64,000 bases of DNA from Blasia pusilla (Eukaryota). Shown one piece after another: positions 54,339 through 64,000 of the stretch. The first letter of the stretch is position 1; the number at the start of each line of letters is the position of its first letter. Both the position numbers and the translations under genes were made by a program. The notes under the pieces were generated by a model. It had not been told where the DNA came from. It did not search any database and saw nothing but the letters and a program-made list of their open reading frames with translations. Location: the NCBI GenBank assembly GCA_050084515.1, contig CM114271.1, forward strand, positions 31,186,001 through 31,250,000, written 5' to 3'.

Positions 54339-56399
54339 CTACGCAACCCCCTCACAAGATGGTAAACCCTTAGCTACACCATCATCTGAGCAAATAACTC
54401 CTCCACCAGCATGAGCAACCAACTCCACATGCCCAGCCATTACATCCCATTTACTCCAAGGATGCAAAATACTACTCTCCTCACCCCCAGCCGATGCCTC
54501 TACCGTCCCGGTAGCCATCGAGCTCAATACAAGGGGTGGAAGACCCATAGACATAGTCCAAAGTCGACGCTGCTCGGCCATACCAAGACTCAAAATCCAA
54601 GTCAAACAATTCAGGTCCATGGCCTGACCCAACACATGACGTCGTGAAGCCTCAGAAATGGAAGCAACCGTTGTCACACCAGTAGCAAATCCCATCGCAT
54701 GCTCTCTCTCATCAGCGTTAGGCTCCACCAACTGTCGCACATGAGAATCCCATACAAGCCCGGGACCACCGTCCCTGTATGCATGTGACGAGGGAAAACT
54801 CACAAATGTGGGTAGTGCCATCCTAGGCTGGCCCATACGGTTCACCACTGCCATGGGTGACCGATCAATAACCCTCACCATCTGAGAAAGTCGCCTAGTA
54901 TCCGAGATACTATCCACTGTAAAGCAAGGATCCCGCTGCACTGCATCATATGCTCGACGTAGAACCTCCCTAGGCAACAAGTTTGTCCACCACAAGCGTG
55001 GACGATGTGCACGCGAGCCAACTCGCGCTGCATCCAACAACACCGCTGGTCCAATCCAAGACCGCACCTCATGAACACTCGCCATCATCCGGGTCCGAGT
55101 GTCACCCAACAATGGAACATTCTCCAGAATGTAAGCTAGAGCACGTGCCTGATGAACCTGAAGATGTCGTAACACCCGTAACATCTCCCAAAACAATCGA
55201 GACCTAGGGTCCTGTAATCCCTCACCATGACCAGCACATGTATGACCTTGACATGGCCATCCAGCAATCACTAAATCCACAGGACCAACCCTCTCAAGGT
55301 CCTGCGCCCCCAACAATGCAATGTGTGATGGCAAAGCACGCTGGTACCCATGAATAGCTGATGGCGGCAACAACTCAGGATATCTCCACATCAACTGACC
55401 AATATGTCGGGATGAGACTCTCTGGGCCGTCTCATCTCGCTCCACATACACGTATCTCCGCACAAGAATACCGACCTGCAACACTACAGCCAAACTAGTG
55501 CTAATCCCACCAAAGAGATCTAACACACAAATGCCCTCCGGCGGATACTGCCATACAATGGGTGTAGTATCCAAAGGGGATAATCCAAGTGGACCAGAAG
55601 TAGGAGTCTGCCGTGGGGCCTCCTCTTCCTCGTGATGTATAACAGCCTCACACCAAGCCTCTTGCACTAGGCGATCAGCCTCCTGCCGTAGTGCACCGCC
55701 TGAACTCCAAAGTGGCACATCCAACGATGAGGATGCCACTGCTGCAAAAATAGGGACCTCCTCTACCTCCTCATGCGCAAGAGAATCCATAGCAGAAACA
55801 TTACCCTCCAAAAAGTCTCCTGGCCAAGTGACTACTCCACTAAAACCAGCCACAGATGCTAACACTATTGGGGAAGACCCACCTGGTCGAGCCCCATAAA
55901 TAAATCTCACAAGAACTTGGCTCATACGTCCATCCCCGGACTGCCAACCAGGTCTATAAGACGCTGTCTCAGTCCAGTAATCCATCTCAAAACCCATCGG
56001 GTACAATATTGCTCCTCCAACTAGTACATCATACGACTCGGCTGATGTGACTACCGCATATACTCCTAACCGGGAGCTATCAGTCGCATGATCTGGTCTC
56101 AACTGTACAGAAAACTTCTCCCGTGTCATGAATTGAGACCTATCATTGGCTCCTCCAAGTGATGTTTGAATCTGGAATGGGCAAGGCTCAAGCTTTGACC
56201 TCCGAATATCCAAACCAATACATGCCGCCTTTCCCAACATCAAAGGTTGGGCACCAGAGTCTAACAAGACTCTATCTGGTCTGTACACCTGTCCTGTAGG
56301 ACTCACCAATCGGAATATCCCACTCCGGTTGTCCAACATACATACACCAGGTGTAAGCCTCTCACGATCAATGGCTGGCCGGGCTAGTAATGCATCCAT
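54339..56399 (-). CDS. Pol segment: aspartic protease plus DNMT3-like C5 cytosine DNA methyltransferase domain (~54570-55540)
   Basis: Uninterrupted 686-aa frame. Protease: VLLDSGAQP...DVLVGG. MTase motifs in canonical order: I VLDLFGGIS, II YVERDE, IV DLVIAGWPCQG (catalytic PC), VI YILENVP, VIII DAARVGSRAHRPRLWWTNL, IX EREHAMGF, X LGQAMD. This is part of a polyprotein, so the listed Met is not a proven start. Confidence 0.92.
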   Translation of the reverse strand: MDALLARPAIDRERLTPGVCMLDNRSGIFRLVSPTGQVYRPDRVLLDSGAQPLMLGKAACIGLDIRRSKLEPCPFQIQTSLGGANDRSQFMTREKFSVQLRPDHATDSSRLGVYAVVTSAESYDVLVGGAILYPMGFEMDYWTETASYRPGWQSGDGRMSQVLVRFIYGARPGGSSPIVLASVAGFSGVVTWPGDFLEGNVSAMDSLAHEEVEEVPIFAAVASSSLDVPLWSSGGALRQEADRLVQEAWCEAVIHHEEEEAPRQTPTSGPLGLSPLDTTPIVWQYPPEGICVLDLFGGISTSLAVVLQVGILVRRYVYVERDETAQRVSSRHIGQLMWRYPELLPPSAIHGYQRALPSHIALLGAQDLERVGPVDLVIAGWPCQGHTCAGHGEGLQDPRSRLFWEMLRVLRHLQVHQARALAYILENVPLLGDTRTRMMASVHEVRSWIGPAVLLDAARVGSRAHRPRLWWTNLLPREVLRRAYDAVQRDPCFTVDSISDTRRLSQMVRVIDRSPMAVVNRMGQPRMALPTFVSFPSSHAYRDGGPGLVWDSHVRQLVEPNADEREHAMGFATGVTTVASISEASRRHVLGQAMDLNCLTWILSLGMAEQRRLWTMSMGLPPLVLSSMATGTVEASAGGEESSILHPWSKWDVMAGHVELVAHAGGGVICSDDGVAKGLPSCEGVA

Positions 56400-56847
56400 C
56401 TTCGCATTTCGCCGCCGCTAAGTAGCACTGGTACTCAATGCTACACTTGACATAGAGGGTCGCTCCACCGCAACACCCTCATCCACCTCAAAGACGTGTA
56501 GCAAGAACACCCCACGTTCACACAACGTGGTCGCTAGCTGAAATACAGGAGCTAAGTCAACTCCTAAAGGCATCGCTCGTGGCCGAAAACAATGGGGATC
56601 CCAACACCGAAGTTGCCATCCGCACATCTTTTGCCTTTGGATGTTGCATCCATGTCTACTACACACGATGTAGATGCCTGAGTCCCCACTGTCGGCTCAA
56701 TAGGCTGTGTAGGAACCATGGATAGAGTCCTAAGCACCTCAGACAACAAGAATGACTAGGGAAGCCTAGCCTGCCTCCCAGCCTCACCCCTATGTGGGTC
56801 CAACTCCACTGTAGCACCACGTGGCTCTGACGCTCGAGTAGCTCCTC

Positions 56848-58418
56848 TCATAACTGCAGCTGATGCCTCAACCTGTGCTGCACTCGCCATATAAGAGAGA
56901 TCATCCCCTCCATAAGAGGTGGAAGCCCCTGCTCCCAAACCGATCTATCTTTGGATACCAACCATAGTAGCCAACCTCGCTCCAATCTGCTCAATCTTGG
57001 CGACCATAGCGACTGTCGAGTGATAGGGGTAGCCACCGTAGGCTCTCCAACCACTGGTCCACCTCTATCATCCCTACCGCCTCTACCATCTCGGCCTCTC
57101 GGAGCTACTCCACCACGGCCGTGGCCTGATCTCAACTCTCGATGAAGATCAAAGCAACGCTCTCGAGGATGACATGGTCTCCCGCAATGATCACACTGAG
57201 TTGGGGCCGAGTGAGGCCCATCCTCCAAAGTCCGTCTCCTATCCTCTTGGGGACAAAACTTCCTAACATGATCACGTCCACATGTCCAACATGATTGTCC
57301 TTGCTGCGGGGCAGCAAATAAAGGCAATGGTCTTTGCGCAAGTATCCCTCTAGGACCTGACTGAGGTCGTGTGTACCCCCCACGACTCCCACTACTACTA
57401 CCACCACCACTACTACGAGACGTGAGGTGGGCTGCTGAACACGAGAAGTAGTAGTTGTATCCCTACTGAATGCGGATGTCACCACTCTCTCCTTCACCAT
57501 GTTAAGCTCAATCTTCTGAGATAGAGCAAACACATGGGTCAATGTGGGTGAATCATCACTCATAAGAGTAGCATCACGTATCCTACGGCGCAAGTCTCTG
57601 TCCAAGATCCCATACCAAAACTGGACTGCCTTAGCCTCAGTCACACCCTAGGTAACTGAAATCAAGCGTCCCATACGAGTGTATGCCTCACGAAGACTCT
57701 CACCAGTCTTTCGCTCAAATTCCTGAAGACTCCTCAACTTCTCTGTCTTCACTCCCTGATAGTTCTTCTTCAACCTCTTGAAGAACTCTACATCCGGGCT
57801 GAACGATGGTGGGGCACTAGTACCTCCACTAGTACCCCCACTAGTACCTCCATGGGTACCTCCACTGGTACCCCCACTCCGGCTCGTACTCGTACCACTC
57901 AACCTTGGGCTGGCTGGCATAGTAGGAGCACTACTACCAATACCACCATGGGTGATAGACACATATCCTGGAGACCAATATTGTCTCCACGCCTCAATCT
58001 GAGCAACATGGTCCTTCCTAAACTCATGGTATTCATCCATGGGTGGTCCTTCCAAGTGCTGAAACAACCCCTTCCAAGCCAAGAAGGGTGTAAACAACGT
58101 AGCGTTCCGCAACATCTGCATATCACACCACGTATCAAACTCCTGCATGAAGTCCTCCAACTCAATGGTGCCCACTACACCCGAGTATCGTCGTGGGCCC
58201 TTCATGGCCCCATATATCCCGTCCATGTTCCAAATCAATGGAGCTGCAACACTCGATAACAACGTAGAAGACTCGGTGTTTGGAACACCCTCATCCTCCT
58301 CGTCATCAACCGTCGGAAGTGGAAAAGGTAGCTGATACCTAAATCCACTTCGTGTGAAACCACCACTGTCCGCACCACGGTCCCCAACCACACCACCCGA
58401 GAGCTCCGTGATGACCAA
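56848..58418 (-). pseudogene. gag of copy A with two zinc knuckles (in-frame stop and frameshift)
   Basis: Gag-like ERKTGESLREAYTRM; in-frame TAG at 57648-57650; knuckles CWTCGRDHVRKFC and CDHCGRPCHPRERC followed by an RGG-rich tract; SGGT repeats at ~57815-57880. Confidence 0.85.
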
Positions 58419-59891
58419 CGCCGATGCCGCACCACCACCAAATTACCACCACCAACTAACCAAGTGACGTCGATGTCGCTATACTATTCTAGCTCTACTA
58501 GCTATGGGTGTAGGCAACCTAACCTGTCATCACCACAAGAAGCCTCCCACGGTCTACTGGTCATCACTCCAACATCACTATCGGTAGCACACAAGAGTAA
58601 CACTACTATGGAAATCAGCGTCAATCCTAACAATGGGCGCGCAAGCAAGAAGCAACGATGGAGGGGATCCAAACACAGGAAGTCCAACGAAAATCCTCCA
58701 ATCGCAAATGGAAATCAAGGTAACACAATCCACCAAACGTGGTGCCCCTTGAATCCACAAAACCCACCACACAATTCTAACGCAATAGCTACTCCGCCGC
58801 GGGTCGATGACGTGCTAGTCGAACTCGCAGCACTTGAAAATATCACCTGCATGGAGAGGCTACACCGTACTATGCGCTAGAGGTAAATTGACCAAAACCC
58901 TGAGATGCATAAAGCGCCTAATACATCTCCGAACAGCACCAAATGAGCTACAACACTGTGTACACTGGCATAGTTAAGAACTCAGCAGTTAAGCGTCCTC
59001 CAGGTACAATAGTCCAAAGATGGATGACCAATTATGCAACACTCAAATCACAAATCCTGCAAAATTTGCCTCACGCCCAAGCACTTGCTCCTTGCTCCTT
59101 ACTCCGCCTCTCACGCCCACTTGCCCTGAGCTAGTCCGCAAAATTTCGATCAGCAATTACTTCACAAATCTATGACCAAAATCAAATTTGTTTCAACCAG
59201 ATTCAATGGACCACCATAGCTATCTCTCCACAAAAAATCAGCTACAACCGAGCTCTGTACTCCGAGCTAAAAATCAGACAAACTTGCTGTCCATACACCT
59301 TCAGAATTGCGAATCCGACAACGCTTCCGCCAAGTTTCATGCATGCAGAAATTCACAACGCTCCACACACTCGAGCATATAGCTTCACATGAGATCACAA
59401 TACAAGTAGCAACAGGAACCTCTCACCCGATCTGGATGAACTTCAAGAGAGCTTCCGCACTCCAAGCTCTCCACATCAGAAAACCGTCGAACATGAACCA
59501 GAATCTTCAATCCTTGATAACTTCCAACTCCATTAACAAAATTCGGCGATCTAAAGCACGTTGGAAAGCTCTCAGCAAGGTGCTTCTCTCCCAACCAACC
59601 ACGCACCAGATTCACACTTCCAACATAGGCCACAAGCCACGAACATCCACGGCTGAGTACACAATCAGCCCTAACCAGATCCTACTGATCCACAATCGAT
59701 CTACTCCAGTTCTTTGAGTGAAATCCGTGAAAGACCTACTGTCATAAAACACGTATAGAATCACATAATATCAAGCCAAACCCACTCCAGGATGGGAGAA
59801 TCTAGGTCGAAGCTTGCGGGAAACACCATAGCCAAGAGCTCTACTCACTACCAAGGCTAACTCCTAACGCAACAGGCTCAACTCAAAGAAC

Positions 59892-59922
59892 TGATTGTTC
59901 TTTGAGTGCACTCCACCTTATA
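59892..59922 (-). promoter_or_regulatory. Putative core promoter in X1: TATA box and initiator
   Basis: Minus-strand TATAA at 59922-59918 and TCAGTT Inr-like motif with its A at 59892, 30 nt downstream. Confidence 0.6.
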
Positions 59923-60399
59923 TCCTCCAACCTAAGAGCGGGCCCTACTGGAAAACTCTCCCTCAACTAAGTAACCCCCAACCCTATGTATGAAATCGCA
60001 TCTCTACCTAAACACTGCGGCCCTACATAAGGTATGGCCTCTACTAGCACACTATACTCTACGACATAATCCGTATGGTTATGACACATGACTTATAATA
60101 ACCAAAATTTTTTCATGTGAGTGTGTTGGCGGGAAGTGTAAGGCCGGCGTGACCAAGAGAAGAAACTAAACAAAAATGCACTCCTCTCAATACCAATCGA
60201 GGGATGAGTTTTTTTAAAGGAATGATCTATCAGCAGATACAAAAGTGGCTCTTCATAATAACTTACTTGAGATGCAATTTGAATCCACGTTATTTTGATT
60301 TAAACCTCTCCAATTGTAAATTGCATGTTAGTGGCCTCCGTTCCTCTAATATGAGTTTCCTAATAGAAATTGTGCAGCTCTTAATCTTGGTGTAATTCT

Positions 60400-61110
60400 C
60401 AACACCCTCAAATGAAGTTGCTATCTCAATGAAGCATCCATGCAAGGCTCCTGCCCTACATCTTCTAAGGGTATTTAATTAGAAGATTAAATTTTCTCCA
60501 AATATTCTCCTCTTCATATAAGCTCAAAAAAAAAAAAAAAATTGAGATGATGTGCCAATGCCTCGGCAACCCAGGGAGAAAATAAACTCTCCAAATGCTC
60601 ACTCAAACATTGAATTAAAAATTGAAGACCATAATATGGTCTTGGATTTCTAGTTATATCTTGCAATCAAGAGAGCTTCCAAGTGTGAGATAAAATTACC
60701 ATGACCAAGTCTTCCAAGTTTCATTCCAATCCAATGGTGGAAACAAATCTTTGCCCAAAATAAAGGAGAACAGTAAAAGGAAGCTAAGTGAATCCCCACT
60801 TCAAGCCCTCTTCTTCCACTATCTCCTTCCTCTCTTGGCCTTGATTTTTAGTCATAAGCTCAAAAGTCATGAAACTTTTTGAAATGATGTCCCATGCTTT
60901 TGGAACACACAGAAAAAAATAAATTCTCTAAAGGCTTATCTAGAGATTTAATTAAAAATGGAAGACCATAAATATGATCTTGGATTTGAAATTTCATCGT
61001 GGAGTTAATATTATAAAATCGGAGCTGTCCACATGGGAAATTATGTTATCAGGATCAAGCCCCCCAAGTTCCACTCCAATCAAATGGTGGAAACAAATTT
61101 TGGTAGATAA
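60400..61110. repeat. Diverged ~350-bp tandem repeat related to 430-1115
   Basis: ccaagtt(t/c)ca(t/c)tccaatc(c/a)aatggtggaaacaaat at ~60714 and ~61064; attaaaaat..gaagaccataa repeated. Confidence 0.65.
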
Positions 61111-64000
61111 AAGTAAAATAATCCAAGCGAATCCCTTGAAATGATCCTAAATATAACAACATTCCCTTGAAATAAATTGGAGGAGGGGATCACCGAAAAA
61201 AAGCCCACAATATACTAATATCAATATTTTTTTATTATATTAGAGATTCCATTATTGATATTTTCTTTGGAATTGCATCGCCCCTTACAACTTTCGACTT
61301 TATTATCAAATTTTTTTGGGGGAAATATCTTCACCCCTTGCAACTTTCGACCAAAGTTTGAACTTTTTTCCCCATTTTTGGAGGGCCTTGCTTACATCAA
61401 CTTCATATTTTTAATTTCCCCCTCCCTTATGTAAGTTTGACGAAATTCCAAAAAAATTCTGTTGGCAATTAAAAATACCCTTGATTTTGATGCACGTTGA
61501 TGCCGACTTTTGAGGAGCGGTAAGAGGAGAGGAAGAGAAGAAGAGAGGAGAGAGGAGAGAGGAGAGAGGAAGATATTGGCAACCCCTAGGGCTCTTTTGG
61601 TTTGAAGAGAGTTTCCGACAGGTTGGAGAGAGAAAAGCTTTGACAAGTTGAAAAGACTTTTTTTTTCCAAAAACATATTGGTGGTGAAAAAAAAATTGAT
61701 TTTTGGGGGATTTTTTAACCTTTTGAATCCGTCAGAATGCGACGGGTTGCAAATATTTTTCGTTTTGGATTTTTTTTCGTTTTTTGGGGTTTTTAAAACT
61801 TTTGCAACCCGTCGGACTCTGACGGATTGCTTTTGAGGCCAAAAAGAAACCCGTCGGAGTTAGACGGGTTGCCATGATGCCTAGAAAGCAACCTGGCAGA
61901 GTCAAACAGGCTGCAAATGTTAAAAAACCCAAAAAAATGATTTCTTTTCCTTAACCCAAAAAAAAAAAACCAAAAAATTGCAACCCGTCGGATTCCAACG
62001 GGTTGCACTAAGTTTCCTCTCTTCAAAAAAAAATCTCAAAAAAATTACTCACTTATTATCCATAATCTTCATATTTTTTTAAGAGAGTTTCGGTTTTTTT
62101 TCCCTTTTGTGCCTTTTTTTTAAGAGAGACTCTCCTCTCTTCCTCTCTTCTGCCAGAATATCAGGCCCCCCGACTTTTCCTTCCGTGACATCCCCTCGTC
62201 TAAATTCATTTGTAGGAGCTCTTTTGTGTAGGAGTTTTAGGAATGGTAGGAATTGGGGAGCTTGTGAAGTTATTTATATGTGTGCTTTAGATCGTGAATC
62301 TTGTCAATGGTAAATAAAATGTAGCTGAGTGAAGGGATATGGATTTATGAAAGGTCTGATCGATGCATAAATAATAGGTGGTCTGGATTTTGACTTTCTT
62401 TTAAAGTAGGGTGGAATTGGAGGACATGTCATGAAAGAGAATGTTCTAACATTCGTATAATGGTGTATTATTGATACAATATGTGAAAGTTTTTTTTTGC
62501 AGTAGATGTGTTTTATTAGGACAGCATGACAGTAACCCTCTCTGCAGAGATAACATGGTTTTGCAAAATGGAAACTTTGGTAAAATGATACAATGTTTTA
62601 AGAAGTATTATGAAACTGCCCAAGTTTGGCATATAGCGGCAGTAGGCACTGGAGGAGTTTATGCCTGTAGGAGTTAAAACTTTGAAAAACATAAAGAAGG
62701 TGTTGCTGCCTTATGCATATAGAGATTTTGTATGTGTGGTGCTAATATTTTCTTGGTGATCCAATTGACAGAAGACTGTTGGGGAGGTAGCAGCCATTTC
62801 TTGCATATCACAAGGTGCAACAATTTACATTGCTAAAGTATAAATGGAAATTGAAAAAATAGGAGGAATGTGTGGATGTGGAAGAAGAGAGCTTGGAAGA
62901 AGATAGTTAGAAAAGCAGATAGAATCTGAAAAAATGGTTAATGTAGCATTGGTATAGGGCGAGTAGCATATTTCTAGAATGTACTAAGGAGCCCTATTTA
63001 AAGATGAACTCACAAATTTGAATACATATAAGGGAGAAGAAAAAGAAAGGCACTTGAAGTATGAAGAGTTGTAGAATATTATACGTGCAAATCAGTTTCG
63101 AAGCAAGGACTCAATAATCCCTAACTGGAGCTTTAACTTTGGGTTGTGCTCAATGAGAGGGTTAACTTCGACGATGAAGTCTTTGAAATGCCTTCGTGCT
63201 TCTTTCAAATTCTCCTTAAGATCTGAAATAATTTGCATATGGATGTCATTCTCCTCGTAAAGCGCAGATAGCTCGTTGCTAAGGTTGTTTTTTGTACTCG
63301 CCAATGTCTCTATCCGGTCATGGGACCTATCCAGATGTGCCATGACTCCATGATACAATTGAAGAGGAATAGTGAGACGAAGCGAAAAATGGTCTCTTGG
63401 TGATTGCACCTCTGGTTGATATTGCTGTGGAGTATTGCAAGGAGCTGCAACCGAGTAAGGTGGACGTCTTGAAGGTTGCCTAGTTCTCATCTGGAAGTAC
63501 ATCAGCCAACAATAATGTTGGGTTAGACCATCATGGACATTTCTATAATGAATTCGTGGAAGGTAGTGAATATGAGAAGCAGAGGTAAAATTGGGATAGT
63601 ACATTTGAAAATGAGAACCCATGTTGAAGCCGTGAATATGAATTGAGACAATAGCATAACAATGGAGTATGAAAAAGTGATGGGGGATAAGAAGAATAAT
63701 TTTTGAGAGAAGAATTCAAAATGAATGGTACGCTGATATTTCATTACACATCACATAATATTTTTGGCATATATGAAAAGTTATCTCAAGTATTGACATA
63801 GATGTTAACAAAATTTATAGTTCCCAGCTACAAAACAGATTGGACCGATATATAGTAGTTGGTAGTGAGTGCAAATTTTCAAAACTCAGGTGTACAATTA
63901 TCCATGGTGCTTGGTGTAACGGAACTTGCACAATAGGTAGTTTTTATTAGTTGACATAATACTTACAGGAATGAGCAGGAATGAGAAAATGAGATAAATA

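Larger units (their letters stand above)
50490..60086 (-). mobile_element. Full-length Ty3/gypsy-like retrotransposon (copy A): gag-PR-DNMT-RT-RNaseH-INT-PHD with split direct repeats
   Basis: Ends TGTCG (50490) and TGACA (60086), flanked by 4-bp TSD CATG (50486-50489, 60087-60090). All domains lie in Ty3 order on the minus strand. Repeats: X1 59719-60086, Y1 50965-51071, X2 50596-50962, Y2 50490-50596. PPT-like taagggggcg (minus) at ~51072-51081. Confidence 0.95.

Noticed and set aside
54339-56399. Host DRM/DNMT3 gene or bacterial restriction-modification methylase contamination
   Set aside because: It is intronless, fused in frame to a retroviral-type protease inside a TSD-bounded element, and present at the same position in copy C.
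50490-60086. Classifying copy A as a DIRS/Ngaro/PAT tyrosine-recombinase element because of its split repeats
   Set aside because: It encodes an aspartic protease and a DDE integrase and has TG..CA ends with a 4-bp TSD. Its methyltransferase is a C5 cytosine type, not the DIRS adenine type, and no YR motif was seen.
61724-62007. CRISPR-like array
   Set aside because: Repeats are degenerate, spacing is irregular, spacers are low-complexity, there are no cas genes, and the context is eukaryotic.
63092-63622. 176-aa ORF with a coiled-coil-like end (likewise the 173-aa ORF at 49109-49630)
   Set aside because: No family could be assigned from the sequence; likely TE accessory remnants, so not listed as genes.

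Overview
Eukaryotic plant nuclear DNA, probably a non-seed land plant such as a bryophyte (inference only). It holds one intact 9-exon host gene (SKIP31-like F-box protein, 16344-19665, +) among nested transposons: Ty1/copia fragments, a chromodomain Ty3 element, a Helitron RepHel pseudogene, a probable SINE, and a decayed SPINDLY-exon/SMP-30-like chimera. The highlight is a Ty3/gypsy-like family present as one full-length copy (50490-60086) and three partial copies, all on the minus strand. First, it carries a DNMT3-type C5 cytosine methyltransferase between protease and RT. Second, its DDE integrase ends in a PHD finger. Third, it lacks a normal LTR pair and has split direct repeats, X-internal-Y-gc-X-Y, with TG..CA ends and a 4-bp TSD, seen in two independent insertions. 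Fourth, it has a Tf1-like self-priming signature in place of a tRNA PBS. The repeat layout is what integration of a 2-LTR circle opened at an internal CA-gc-TG site would give; that mechanism is inferred, not shown. Coordinates were read by eye and boundaries of decayed elements are approximate.
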